A stretch of 63,867 nucleotides of DNA, the filler included, from Craspedostauros australis (lineage: Eukaryota): assembly GCA_030167865.1 (NCBI GenBank). It is 12 parts of 12 records of this genome, joined end to end, with 100 filler letters (N's around TTAATTAATTAA, not from the genome) between each part and the next. Parts side by side here need not be neighbours in the genome. Positions count along the whole stretch, not along the records: positions 1 to 16,459 come from JALAGF010002216.1; 11 more parts are not named here. One strand, given 5' to 3'. A model generated the notes under the pieces. The model had not been told where the DNA came from, did no database searches, and saw only the letters and a list, made by a program, of their open reading frames with translations. Position numbers and translations under genes: made by a program. Below, piece by piece: positions 1-14,140 of the stretch; position 1 is the first letter of the stretch; each line of letters starts with the position of its first letter.

Positions 1-276
1 GATGTCTGCAGGAAATCTCCTGCAAACAACACTGCCAAGAAACATGTCCTGCATGATTGTTGCCTCTTCATTGTCTTCATCATCATCTTCATTGTCTTCA
101 TCAACTTAATCATAAAATGCAAAAGTTCACAACTCAAAACACTCTTCAAACACAGTACAAATCAATTGCATTCACTCTCGTCTTCCCATCGTAAACTCTG
201 ACACCAAACGACTTCATCAGTCGGTCCGAGTTGCGACATTGAACGCTTGCTCAAGGCAACGCAACAAACAATTTTC

Positions 277-1900
277 TCACAGCAACAAAANNNNNNNNNN
301 NNNNNNNNNNNNNNNNNNNNNNNNNCAACAACAACAACAACAAACGATCCAATCCGGATTTGTTCCATCTACGGGGACATCTCGGACACGCGAAAAACGA
401 CGCGAACTAACGCAATTTAACTCTGGCTGTCTCTGTGCCAACCGGAAGGACCTGTCAGTTTTTGCAGAGAAGGAATGGCTGCGAGCGAGACCGGGGCGCT
501 GTCGGCCTCGGGACATCGGTCTTGACGATCCCTGCCTCGTCAGGCCCATACCTATGCTCATGCGCGTTGTTGTTCCTGAGTTTGTGCCACCTTCCGCTCC
601 ATTGTTCAGGTCCATGACTTGCTGCTTCATGTTGCCTTGCTGCGTGTTGGACGCATTGAGACTACCGACCTTCAACTCGGACATGCTGCCCTGCATCGAT
701 GATCTTCTGCGTGGCATGTGGTGCGATCCAGGCGCAACGTCTTGCACCACGAACTGCGTGACCTCGATCATCCGTGTGGAATCATTCATGGAGTTGAACG
801 TTTGCACGTCAGCGGTGGCCGACTTGCCATTGTCATTGTCATTGATGCAATTGGAATTGTTTTGGTAATTGTTGATGGCATCAGCATCAGGAGCATCACG
901 TGAGGTCTGATTAGCCGGTTCCATGTCTTGGAAGAGATCGCGTTTCGAATCCGAAAACATGTCCATCTGCTCGCCCGCGAATAGATCATCGTAGCTGATG
1001 CCGAGAGTAGCCTGAGAGAAGTTCGCCACCGAACCGAGTCGCTTCAGTTTCTGATTTGCCCGTCGCTGCTGCTGTTGTCGCAGCCGTTCTGCTTCCTGCG
1101 CTTGCTGTTCCTCCTGCAGCTTTTGCCATCGCCTTTCGAGGGTTCCGTCCTGCAAATCGCTGAGCGCATCGTCCTGTATCTCGCGGTACACCCATGACTT
1201 GAAGAAGACGCGCCGCGAATACTTGGCCATGATGAAGGCATCGCGCTGCTCCAGGTTGGAGCGGACGTGCGGTTTCAGCATGCCCTCGGCCTTCCGCACT
1301 TCGTACTTGGCCTCGAAAGCCTTGTTGACGCGCTGGTTGCCTCCGAGTTCCAAAGCCAGCACTTCCTTTTCTTTCCCTGTTGATGTGGAGGCAATCAGAT
1401 TGTTGGTGGAGTGCGGGTGGGAGTCGGTTGGAAGTCGGTTGGACGCAGGTGCAAGTAGAAATCAGGTGATGCATGTGCAAGCGGGCGAGTGAGTGTAAGT
1501 ATAAGTACAAGTGCAAGCACAAGTGCACATGCAGGCTGGGCATGAACATGTTCTGACAACCAGACAACGGCACGAGTATCCTTGATACAAGACAAGACAT
1601 CCCGGCTTCGCTTGCCTCCAAACGGAACTTACAGTCATCCAAGGTGACGCTCCTGACGAAGCAGATGTGCACGCCCAACCTCCTGTGCGCGCCGGAGCAA
1701 TGGAAGCAGCAGAATGCGCCCAGAATGCGGCTGTCCGTGGGGGAATCCGGCGGTGGCACGATGAGGGACGCCCACGTCGGCTTCTTGTCTCCGCAGTCGC
1801 AGCACAGCTGGTTCTCGGGGAGGTTGGCGACCGCCTTGAGCCGCAGCTTCAGCTCCTTCTGCGAGGGTGGCGCATCGTTGGTGGTGTCATTCGATGCCAT
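277..1900 (-). CDS. ArfGAP-domain protein (2+ exons; 3' end uncertain because of the N gap at 291-325)
   Basis: Exon 1900-1633 encodes CCDC...WAS...CFHCSGAHRRLGVHICFVRSVTLDD. A GTAAGT...CAG intron at 1632-1377 restores LDD-W-KEKEVLALELGGNQRVNKAFEA...RDAFIMAKY. The C-terminus is low-complexity. Confidence 0.88.
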
Positions 1901-4323
1901 GGTGTTTGGTGCGATGATGCCGCACGCCGAGTTCAATCAATGTCAACCCGTTGTGTATAATGGATCGTATTCGTGCGAGTTATGGATGGTTCGATTCCGC
2001 GGTGCTTGCTTTGCCTTGGTTTGCTTTGCTTTGCTTTGCTTTGCTTTGGTCACAAGATGAAGGCCTCTCGATTGATGTTCGGGCGGAGCTTCTTATGATC
2101 TACTCAAGCTCAAGTCCAAGCTCGTAGAGCAGTTGTGGTTGCAGAGGAAGGTGTTTGCTCTGCTTTGTCCCACTGCATGCATCCGTGCAAGAGCGTGAGG
2201 ATGTGAGGATGTGAGGATGGCAGCATGTGAAGACGGGAACAAGAACGTGGCAGTTCCGCGAACGACACAACCACCGAGAGTGGAAGGAATTGGAAGATCG
2301 GCAAGGGTGTGGAGGTCTTTAAGCCCTGAAGGAATTCGTCACGCTCTACGATCTGCATGGTGGCGCACGCAATGCCGTCCACGGATGTTCACGAGCCTCC
2401 GGTGTGACCTGTTGGACGTTGTTGTCGTCGTCGTCGTCGTTGGACGCAGTTTCCCTTTGGATCGATCCTTCCAGGGTCAAATGGTTGTAAACAGATCGTG
2501 ATGGTGACATGTTCTTTAGTTTTACCGAGATGTCCCACTGTAGACTGTTGGGATTCCCGTTTTTCGTGGGCGTTGGTATCCAAAAGACGATGGAACTTGT
2601 CATAGGTCCAAAGGAACTTAAGCGTGAGGTGGGAAAAACGTTTTATCATTCATGACTTGTGACTGCGAACATATTCCTTATTTATCCTCGCCACGCATCG
2701 GTCCCGATGTGCAACAAAACCGGCGGAATCATACCATAACTCGTATCTCCGATCATTCCTCCCATCTCCGACACTTTCCTGTTCCTGACAATCTGCGGTT
2801 ACTGTTGGTGACCATGATGTTCCTGCGACACTCTCGTCACAACATCAGCAATACCCGCACCAACACGCACAACACTGTACGAGCTACCATACAGCCTGCT
2901 CACAAAATAAACGAGTGCGATAGCTCGTCGTTTTGTTTGATGAATTGGAACGAAGCTCTGTGATGATTCCTTCACAAACATTTCCAGGAAGTCTTTGTCC
3001 GATCAGTGACCATTTCGATTCCTCTCTTGTATCGTTCACCTTCTCTTCATCTCCTTGGTTTGCGAGCTACGACTATGATACGTTCTCTCACATGTTCCGG
3101 CAACCAGATAGGTACGAGCCATGGCACGACGAAGGCATCCGTCAACGACGTGCGTGGACCGAAACAACGCCTAGGGCATCGCAAGCACCACTTCAACCAA
3201 CACTTCAGCCCACACCAAATAGAATTGCCTAGCAGCTTCTGATGGCTTGTATGCGTAGTCTGACTTTGTGATGCTTTTGCCAAAGGCCGAGGAACTGGCG
3301 GAGTTGAAACGTCTACTACCTTCCATGGCTGTTGTTGGGGGATCAATTCAATTCCGGCAATCGTCGCAGCACCTCCGATTCGTATAGCTCGGACGATGGC
3401 GATGCTGCTGATGACGATGACGATCGTATCCCCGCATCCATTCGCGCAGTTGCTCTTACCCAAGACAATTCTTGTCGCTCTCATGGTCGAATAGCCAACA
3501 CACGTCTGCGTCTTGTTCACACCAACAGAGATGAGATCGAAGCGCTTTTCCAGCGTGGGAGAACGACCATTATACGATCTGCTCCACAGTATGGCGCAAC
3601 GGCCCAGACAAGCATTCCGGTCCCCAAACAGCGCAGGCGGATCCGGGTTGATCTATTATACGAGCTACGGTAATCGCTGTTTGAGTACCCACGAGCTACG
3701 GATGCGCACTCCACTCGTCATATCGAAGGCAAGCCGATCTGGTGTGCATCCCAGAGAATACGCGTATCGACGGCATGCTGCATACCATCAATGTGGTGTT
3801 GAGCGCGCAGAAGCACAAGAATGCAGCCGTTCCAAAAAGCACTGCAGACAGAAATCGACGTGGGCGATGGAAGCATCTTGTATGGAGATCCTCATCGTGC
3901 ATCGACAGACAAGAATAATCTCTGTCTCGTTGACTTCTTCCTACGCTCTTGTCTCAAATCAGAAGCCTACAGCTATTGAATCCATCTGATCAATCCCGTT
4001 GAGTCCCACGAACAATTCCCGATTCCAACGCAGATGAGACAAAGTTCCGACGGATCTTTCGCACAGACAACATCACGGTCACCATCGTTGTTTCACTCGC
4101 ATGTTGGATCAAACGCCAACGACATCATCGTCGACGATCGGTCATACTTTCGGAGTAGTAGTACTTGCAGAGCACTTGCAGAGCACTCGCACAGAGTAAC
4201 GGGAGCTCCACGAACATCGCAAAGCCGCAGCTCATACTCTGCTGAACATCAACGAGCAACAACATTGATCATAGCGACATCAGCGACAGCAAAGAGATAC
4301 TAACAGAGACACCAAGCATCACC

Positions 4324-6485
4324 ATGCGAGCCTTCGCATGGATCCTGTGCTGCTTGGCAGGCGCAGCCACTTGCACACCAACAGATGAGATCTTGGATGC
4401 CGTTGCGGTGCTGCAAGCCAATGGGATCTCCACAGAGGCGCTGTGCCATCCCACCTCGCGTGCATTCGAGCCTGCGTTGATGCGTTGCGGCAGCAATGCG
4501 CAGGCTCCAGCGGACAGCAGCATGCTGCACCGATTCGTGTTTGAGCCGAGACCAGCCAGGCTGTTGCGTCATCGGCAGTTGGAGGAAGAGTCAGGAGGAG
4601 CCACAGCAGGAGGAGAGGAATCGCATGACACTTGGTTCCTCGTTTCCCACGCCTTCGGCGCCTTCTCTTGCGTTTGCGTGGCGGCGCTGGCGGCCGGTCT
4701 CACGATGGGACTGCTGTCACTGGATCCGCTGCTGCTGCTCATCAAGATGAGGGCGTCCACGAGCAGCAAGGAACGCAAGGATGCGGAGAGCCTGCTGCCC
4801 ATCGTCAAGCAGCACCATCTGCTGCTCGTCACCTTGCTGCTGCTCAACAGCATGGCCAACGAGGCGCTTCCGCTCTTCCTGGAGGTCTTGGTCAGTCCCT
4901 TGATGGCCGTCGTTCTCTCCGTCACCTTCGTCCTCTTCTTCGGCGAGATCATCCCGTCGGCCATCTTCACGGGGCCCAACAAGATCGCGCTGGCTGCCAA
5001 GATGGCGCCCATCGTCAAGTTCGTCATGTGCCTGCTCTACCCCATCTCCTACCCGATCGCCAAGATACTCGACAGATACCTGCACGAAGACGATGACGAT
5101 GGCCATGGCAGCGGTGCCGATCTCTTCAACCGCGGTGAGCTGTCGGCCCTCGTGCGCATCCAGTACGAGGAGCGCATGGCCGCCAAGCAGCAGCGCAAGA
5201 AGGAGAAGAAGGAGCTTCTCACCACGCAGCATTTGGGTGGTCTGGATCTGACGGCCGTCGGTGCTGGTGGGGATGCGTCCGTGGCTGCCGCAATCCGCGC
5301 ATCCAAGCGTGAGGCCACGCGTCAGCAGAGCAACGCCGCCGTGGCCGCAACGGCTGCTGCGACAGCGTCCGATGCCAACCTGCAGCTCACAACGCCACAG
5401 CAATCCCAAAACGAGCGCACGCAAAGCACCAACACCATCGGAACGGCCACCAACAGCGTCTTTTCCGCCAAGAAGTTCGCCTCCAGCATCCACGTCGACG
5501 AGGTCATCATGGTCGAAGGCGCGTTGGCCATGAAGACCAAGATGGCCATGGACGTCTTCACGCCCTTGCACCGCGTCTACGCCATCCCTTATCACACGGA
5601 ACTCAGCGAGCGCCACATGGTCCAAATCTACAGCCGAGGCTTCAGCCGCGTTCCCGTCTTCGAGATCAATCCCAACAAACCCAAGGATATCCACGCCATC
5701 CGCGGCATCCTCATGACGAAGCAGCTCATCGTCGTCAATCCGAACGACTGTCGCCCCGTAGAGACGTTGCCCTTGGCCGTGCCCATGTGCGTGTCGCCCA
5801 AGATCAATCTCGTCGATCTTCTCAACCTCTTCCAATCCGGCAGCAACGGTCATATGGCGTTGGTGTGTGCGCGGCCGGAGCGTGCCACGGAAGCATTGAT
5901 GAACGAGCAGGCCGTGCCCGACGCGGCGGGGCTCATGGGGTGAGTGATTCTTGATGTTGCTTTACTTGTACCGTGTTGCATTGTGTTGCAATATGCTGTG
6001 GTGATTGAAGCGTTGTTTAGATTTGTTGGAGTTGTTGTTGTTGTTGTTTTCTGGTAGACTGTCATCTCTCCATCTCTTTCGGCACTCACATTCAAAATCA
6101 CTCCTAATTTCCACAACACACCACACCACTTCAATTCTACAATCCGACTCTTTGTCCTCCCAACTTCCATCCCAACTCCCATCACAGCCTGATCACCATC
6201 GAAGACGTGCTGGAGGCCTTGTTGCAGGAACAGATCTACGATGAGACGGACCGCATGGAACGCGACGCCGCACGCATCGCACGATGGACGAGCCGCAAAT
6301 GGAAGGCGTACGTGCGCAAACGCAAGGCAGCACGTGCAGAAGCAGAACCCGAAGTGTCCATGGAGGATGTAGTGGTGCATGTCCTGCACGATGAAGCGCT
6401 GGGGGAGCACACGCCGCTGGTGCCGGGCGAGAAGTTCGAAGATGAGATTGTGGAAGGTCGGAAGTCGTTCTTTGGATTGTTCTGA
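4324..6485 (+). CDS. CNNM/DUF21 + CBS metal transporter (~637 aa, 2 exons)
   Basis: DUF21 motifs AGLTMGLLSLD, HLLLVTLLLLN..ANEALP and FGEIIPSA; CBS motif GFSRVPV. A GTGAGT...CAG intron at 5940-6187 restores GLITIEDVLEALLQEQIYDETD. N-terminal signal peptide followed by an RQL motif. Confidence 0.93.
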
Positions 6486-6682
6486 TCCTGAGGGCGCAAG
6501 CATACTCGCGTATCGTGCTGGTATGGTAGAATGAATAAGAGTTAAGATAATATTGTCCAGTTACAAATACTCGCATGGTACGTGTTCTTGCCGAGGTTGC
6601 TCTAATATGTGAGTAAGATGTGGTCATATATGAAACACGAAGAGAGGCAGAGAGAGAGACCACCTTGCTCTACTCAACTTGT

Positions 6683-7672
6683 TTACCCCGAGCCCTCTCC
6701 TGATGATACCAATCGCACGCAGAATCGTTTGAGCATCTCTCGACCAAAGGGAATGTACGATAGACAGTACCTTCGTGTGGCACGTACGAACAAGCAGAAA
6801 AGAGATGGAGTCACATGAGTATTGGTGGATGAAATGGATGGAGAGGATGAAATAGGTGAGAAAGAAAAGCCATCACGGGTAGGAAGGAACGGCACGCCTT
6901 CAATCATCGCGCACACGCACGCATGCATATATGCATGCCATCCATATCTCTCTCTCCCCTTTGCACTCCCAATCAGCAGAACAAGCAACGCCAACGCCAA
7001 CGTCCAGATGACTCCACAGGACCATCTCACTTCAACTTCACCCTCTCAGTACCATATCAGCACTCTATCAGTGCAGTCTATCAGTGCACTCTATCAGTAA
7101 CCTATCCGTACTCACCATGTGATTGCGATGTACTGGATGATGATAAGAAGGAAGAGCAGAAAGCCTCTCATCACGAACTTGGGCAGGAACAGCAAAATGA
7201 TGGTGATCCACATCGACGACAGGTACATGATGGAAGCACCGCGCCTGGATTGATGCCACATGCGCCTGACCTGCGACGTGGGTCCCGTGAGAAAGCACGT
7301 GCCGCACAAGGCCAGGATGTTGCCGATGGTGACGTGCACGACGATGGGGACGGGATCGCCCGTGATGAGGGACCGGAATCGGAGGAAGGAACCGAAACTG
7401 AGGATGTAGCCGCAGACCATGCAGGTGGCGCAACCCAGCATGCGTTCGCGCAGGCTGAGCTGGGGCATCATGGCGGCGAAGGCTTCGAGGCATCTGAGGA
7501 TGGGGTTGTTGGAGTCGTCGGCGGCGCTGTTGTTGCCGTTCGATGGAAGGCGGTCCTGATGGCTCTCCTCGTCTTCGTAGATTCCGTAGTCCATGCCATC
7601 GTCAGTGTCCTGACTTGCGGATGGCATGAGCCGTCGGTAGTCGACGCTGAAGTTGTTGCCGAACACGTTCAT
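6683..7672 (-). CDS. SFT2: Got1/Sft2-family vesicle transport protein (~214 aa, 2 exons)
   Basis: LSLRERMLG...FLTGPTSQVRRM...IMYLSSM with four hydrophobic segments. Intron 7115-6771 (GTGAGT...AAG) restores the family motif WYCLSYIPFGR. Confidence 0.9.
7047..7106. repeat. Degenerate ~13-bp tandem repeat (CTATCAGTGCAST) inside the SFT2 intron
   Basis: About four imperfect copies are visible directly. Confidence 0.6.
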
Positions 7673-8920
7673 TGTTGATGCTGTGTATTATATTATACTA
7701 ATGTGCAATTATACAATAATAATGGAATAGTACAGTAATAGTACAGTAGTAGTTGTTGTAATAGTCAGTGTGATAGTTGTTGTGATAGTCAGTGTTCGAT
7801 GTTCGCCGCGCGCTCTTCGATTCTTGTGCTCTCTCTCTTGTTGCTATTCTCCTTTCTTCTTGCTGGTGTTGGTGTCGTGGATGCGGTTCTTTGGCGCGGC
7901 GGCAATGCGGGTACTTGTGCACACGAATGAAGGCGATTGCGATCGCTGTGTCGAGAAAGGCGAAGAACTTGTTGCGCCATTTTCGGTCCTGTCACAGAGT
8001 TTCTTGTGACGTCATGTCGAATCAAGTCAGAACTAACAAAGTAGTCAATGGGACTTTATCTGCTCCTCGCCGACGTTCGTGAACGCTTCGCTCACCTCTT
8101 CACTCTGCTCTCCGAACGCACAACGCGAACAGGCGACCCTCCGCGAGGATGCCAACAACAGGAAGAAGAACAACAACGCAGAGAACGAGAACAACGATTA
8201 CAACGACAACAACGACAACAACACAGATCAGTGACAACGACTGTGAAGTCCTCGCCCTTCACAACGGACATTCCTTGGCATGCATCGAGGCAGCCCCTAG
8301 CTCGCACTCCATTCAAACCCCCCATCGAATAGAGTATAGCATTCTCAATAGATCATACGCGTCCCCATACCAACGTTATGCACATCAATGCCCGGAGCGA
8401 CGAATGCTCCATCCAGCTCCTCACCACTCAACGGATAATGGCATCGCCTCTCGTTTCGTTTCAAGATTGAGCAGAGCAACGTTCATCACCTGCCTCCCAT
8501 CCTCACGAACACTCTCTCTCTCTCCATTCGTTCACCCACACAGAGACAGCGGCAGAAAGAGAGAGAGAGGGTCGAGTACGCGTCCTTGCAAAGCAGAAGA
8601 CGAGCTACCAATAGAACAGAGGGGAGACGGCGAAAGTGCACATCGGTGGCTGGCCGTGGTTATATTCAAGAGAGCACTGGTGCAGAGAAGCGACCACATA
8701 TTGGTTGGCACTTGCGCAGTGCACTCGTGACGCTCCGCAATTGATGTGTGAGGACTCCTGTTGCCATTATATCTGTAACCTGACCCCACGTACTATTGGA
8801 AGTACAGTAGAGTACGCAATTCGCCATTGGCCTCGCTTCCTTCGCCTCTCCAACCACACCGACACGGGTGCACCCAACAGAGCAACATAGAATAGCACTT
8901 TCAGCAACAGCAAGCTTACC

Positions 8921-10465
8921 ATGCCAAAGCGAAAGCAGCCACCTCGCCGGCTGCCAACGTCACCACAGAAGCCACCAAACACTTCCAAACGGCCCAAACC
9001 GAAGACCACAGCCACCAACAACCTCCATGCCAAAAAGCGATTCCTGTGGTCCAACGACCTCACCCGTGATTTCACGTCTGCCATATTCCGGGTGGGCTTG
9101 CATCGCACCAACTCACAGCAGCTGCATGCGAGATTGCGCTGTTTCTTTCCGCATCTCACTTTGCAACAAACCGAGGAGGTTCTGGGACGGTATGCGAATG
9201 CCATTCCATCACCGCCAATCCAAGCTCAAGCTGCTGGATTGCTGTTGCCTGGAGGCGGCTTGCATGCTGGTACAAGCACTGTCGATCCACCGCAGCTTCC
9301 CGACCTCATGCAAGGCAAGTGTCATGCTGACACTGCAGTTCAACGCTCAGCACGTACGTCATTCAACAACAGAAGTGGCGGCGACGACGATAACAACGAC
9401 GAACCATCCGGCAACGCTGCATCGGCTTCGATAAAAAAGACTTCGGCACTGCCAACCCCAAAACAAGAGCAGGCGAACAATTCAAAGCCACCGCCAACAG
9501 CACAGCGAGCAAATCCAAAGGCACCACCAAACCTGTCGTCAGTGGCTTCATCCTCGTCATCATCCTCCATGCAGAGCGTTTGCCAGTACCTGCCCGAATC
9601 GCAACTGGACGCCATGATGAGGACCCTGCAGGAAGCCACGTGCTGCACTCACGCCTACCTCGACAATAATGCCACCGAATCCAAGAACCCGGCGACCAAG
9701 CAAGCATCCACAACTCATCCACCTCAAGATGAAGCAAATGACAACAACGACGACACGAACAACAAAACTGATGATGCGCGCACTTCCACGGCGAACGCGT
9801 CTGCACCAAACGAAGGGTCTTCCTCACAGCCGCAACAAGCCCCCGCCGCCAAACGCGCGGCAGCGATACCGCAGCATGAGACAACTGTGCACGCAGAAAC
9901 GCTGCGAAATAATGTGCCTATTGCAACAACGACCAACACGACAGCAGTAACAAGAACAACAACACCAGCGATCAAAGCATCAGCATTGAAGGAATCGTCG
10001 ATGTTCTCCAACGGGCAACGGACCTTCATGCTGCCGCACTGTTCTTCTCAGCAGATTGATTCCAACAATGGCATCGCGATGGGACATCTCATCGGTCTCT
10101 ACTTCTCTCTCTACGAAGAACTGTGTAAGAAGCGACAAAAGCAACACCGGCAGCGGCAACACGAACGGCAACGGCAACAGCGATCCAGCCCCGAGCCCAC
10201 CGAAGATGATGCCCGCACAGCCACAACGGTCCCCATCTGCGATTCACCAATCGGACAACAACCAGATCCGCCCATCACTCCAAACAGCATCATCACCATC
10301 ACACCCACGATCGTGGAATCGCACTCCAAAGGACGACGCAACCTCGAGGCTTCCGGCAAACTGAATCACGCCATGGAATGTCAGCAGGCCTTCCGCCATC
10401 GTCTCCATGCTCTCAAACAGCACGAGCTCAGCAAGTACGCGCGGCACCATTCCACGCAGGAATAG
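8921..10465 (+). CDS. GARP/SHAQKYF-class Myb-related protein with a degenerate recognition helix (514 aa)
   Basis: KKRFLWSNDLTRDFTSAIFRVGL matches the first helix of GARP Myb domains. Downstream helical blocks are IAMGHLIGLYFSLYEEL and HAMECQQAFRHRLHALKQHELSKY. There is no SHLQKYR motif. Confidence 0.7.
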   Translation: MPKRKQPPRRLPTSPQKPPNTSKRPKPKTTATNNLHAKKRFLWSNDLTRDFTSAIFRVGLHRTNSQQLHARLRCFFPHLTLQQTEEVLGRYANAIPSPPIQAQAAGLLLPGGGLHAGTSTVDPPQLPDLMQGKCHADTAVQRSARTSFNNRSGGDDDNNDEPSGNAASASIKKTSALPTPKQEQANNSKPPPTAQRANPKAPPNLSSVASSSSSSSMQSVCQYLPESQLDAMMRTLQEATCCTHAYLDNNATESKNPATKQASTTHPPQDEANDNNDDTNNKTDDARTSTANASAPNEGSSSQPQQAPAAKRAAAIPQHETTVHAETLRNNVPIATTTNTTAVTRTTTPAIKASALKESSMFSNGQRTFMLPHCSSQQIDSNNGIAMGHLIGLYFSLYEELCKKRQKQHRQRQHERQRQQRSSPEPTEDDARTATTVPICDSPIGQQPDPPITPNSIITITPTIVESHSKGRRNLEASGKLNHAMECQQAFRHRLHALKQHELSKYARHHSTQE

Positions 10466-11189
10466 AGTCGAGCAGGCGAGGCCAATTGTGTTCGAATGAC
10501 AGATTGTGAAACGATGCCCCTGTATCATGGAGTGAATACGACGGGATCGTGGAAGTGGTGAGCGGATAAGCCGCGGAGCAACGCGCGATGGAAATGGATA
10601 GAGCATGTGGAGTACGATCTACGAGTGGAGGACTCTGCGACCACTCCACTGGTCTGGACCCCACGATCGTGGAGCCTCACTGCACGAGCTAGCTCGCATG
10701 GTAGCGTGATGACACTCATCGCAATATTCCTCATGACTACAAGTGTCATGGGCGTTAAATTGCCAGTATTATGACGTTCGATTCGCCAACCAAATGGCGC
10801 CGAATGACAGCTGTCACTTCGCCATCTGCCGAGGAAGAAAGTGCATGTCTTTTGCATCTTCGGTTGCGTTCTGTTCTTGCAAACAGCACCAAAGAGAGGC
10901 GGAATGGATTGATTGGTTGGCTGGTGGTGGCTGCAACGGCGGCTGTGCCCAATGCTCGCGAAGGAGTTCGTCGGTTGTACCATGACCCACACACGCCACC
11001 CATCCCACCGCTCCTTCTCTCTTCGCCCTTTTGCTTCGTTTGTTGTTCTCTTCTTGTTCGGCGCAGGAGGATGCAACTGCAGAAATGAATCGCATTTGCA
11101 TCACAAAATCCAGAATCACATCCGCAGCCTCCGCTGATCGATTCATCACTGCCATCAACATCTGTATCTGTATCAACATCTGTATCGCC

Positions 11190-12512
11190 ATGCTGCTTTC
11201 ATCTCTACTGCCATGCATTGGCATGATCCTCCTCTCGCAAAGCACCAGCGTGGATGCTGCCTTTGCGGTGAAGCAGAGCCATCAGCCTCCGCACATGTCC
11301 CTGCGATCCAGCACCAACGCCAACCAGGACACCAAGAGCGATGCGGACCAGATCATGGGAGCCGGCGGCGGATTGCCCGTCATGCCATCCGGCGACCGCC
11401 GCCTCTTTGACCCCGACACGGACGGGCTGCGCGCCGATCATTCGCTGAACGAGCGCCTGGCGCAGGGCAGCCACTACATCTTCCACGAGGAGGCCGCCGC
11501 TTCCGATCCGACCTCCACGGGAGCCGATGCGCCGCACTGGATGGAAGCCCAGCACTTCCTGGAGCATCTGGATGCCGACGGCGCCGTGCCGCTGAACTTC
11601 GCCAAGCCCACCTCGCCGGCCACGGCCACGGTGCTGGGCAGGACGCCGCTGATCACGAAGGACTCGCCCGGCGATATCCAGCACGTCATCATGGAGCTGC
11701 CGGAAGGCATGCATTACGTCGAGGGACAGTCGCTCAGCGTCATCCCGCCGGGATTCGAGACCAACAAGAACGGCAAGCAGCGCGCCCACAAGCCAAGACT
11801 CTACAGCATCGCGTCGACAAGGTACGGCGACGTCCTCGACGGCCGCACCGTCAGTCTGTGCGTGCGACGCGCCGAGTACGTGGATCCCGCCACGGGTCAG
11901 GTCGATCCGGCCAAGAAGGGCGTCTGCAGCAACTTCCTGTGCGACGTTGAGCCAGGCACGAAGGTCCAGGTCGCCGGTCCCATCGGCAAGACGATGCTGC
12001 TGCCGCCCATCACCGACGCCGCCACTTACACGCCGCAGGCGACCACCGAAATTATCATGGTGGCAACGGGAACCGGCATCGCGCCATTCCGCGGCTTCCT
12101 GCACCGTCTCTTCGTGGAGAACACCGTGGCACGTCACATGCACCAGGCCAAGGTCTGGCTGGTCCTGGGCGTTCCCACCACCGGCAGCCTCCTCTACCAT
12201 TCCGAACTCATGGCGATGCAGCAGAATCCAAAGAACGGACACTTGCTCGAGCTAGACTTCGCCATCTCGCGCGAGCAAACAAATCAGCAAGATGGTGGCA
12301 AGCGTTACGTCCAGCACGTCCTCACCGAGCAGGCTGACAAGCTGCTGGAGCGATTGGACAACGGCGCCCATATTTACTTCTGCGGACTCAAGGGGATGAT
12401 GCCAGGCATCACCGACGCCTTGGAGCAGCTGTGCATCCGCAAGGGATTGGACTGGAAGTCCAAGTTCGCCCAGTACAAGAGCAACGGGCAGTGGCATGTG
12501 GAGGTGTACTAA
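11190..12512 (+). CDS. petH: Plastid-targeted ferredoxin-NADP+ reductase paralogue (~440 aa, intronless)
   Basis: PRLYSIAS, GVCSNFLCD, MVATGTGIAPFRG, AISREQ...KRYVQ, YFCGLKGM and C-terminal WHVEVY. Signal peptide MLLSSLLPCIGMILL...DAA-F (ASAFAP-like). Confidence 0.92.
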   Translation: MLLSSLLPCIGMILLSQSTSVDAAFAVKQSHQPPHMSLRSSTNANQDTKSDADQIMGAGGGLPVMPSGDRRLFDPDTDGLRADHSLNERLAQGSHYIFHEEAAASDPTSTGADAPHWMEAQHFLEHLDADGAVPLNFAKPTSPATATVLGRTPLITKDSPGDIQHVIMELPEGMHYVEGQSLSVIPPGFETNKNGKQRAHKPRLYSIASTRYGDVLDGRTVSLCVRRAEYVDPATGQVDPAKKGVCSNFLCDVEPGTKVQVAGPIGKTMLLPPITDAATYTPQATTEIIMVATGTGIAPFRGFLHRLFVENTVARHMHQAKVWLVLGVPTTGSLLYHSELMAMQQNPKNGHLLELDFAISREQTNQQDGGKRYVQHVLTEQADKLLERLDNGAHIYFCGLKGMMPGITDALEQLCIRKGLDWKSKFAQYKSNGQWHVEVY

Positions 12513-12763
12513 GTACAAGCACAGGTGTGAGTGCGAGTAGAGCAGGCGAATGAACCTTGAGTTGGGCACTGTGCCATGCTTCATCAACGTAAGCTCGAGT
12601 GCTTGTACGAGTACGTTTCTACTTCAGTCTACTCTAGTTCAATGAATGAATAAGCGCAGGAGCGAATGAATAGTTACTCAGCGTAAATGCATCCTCATTA
12701 TCACGCTCGTCATTACGTGCTCTCTGCGATTTCATGTTGCCGTCATGCTCCAAAAAAAAGTGA

Positions 12764-14140
<1,377 letters not shown>

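Noticed and set aside
277..345. Poly-Cys tail on the ArfGAP
   Set aside because: It is a translation of a (CAA/TTG)n microsatellite at an assembly gap. The true 3' end cannot be resolved.
2100..4300. Short ORFs between ArfGAP and CNNM
   Set aside because: No recognisable motifs or consistent splice model, so the region is treated as intergenic.
4717..5853. Long antisense or alternate-frame ORFs (also 11205-12242, 22787-24160, 31198-32433, 33858-34847)
   Set aside because: They are shadows of GC3-rich real genes and have no motifs.
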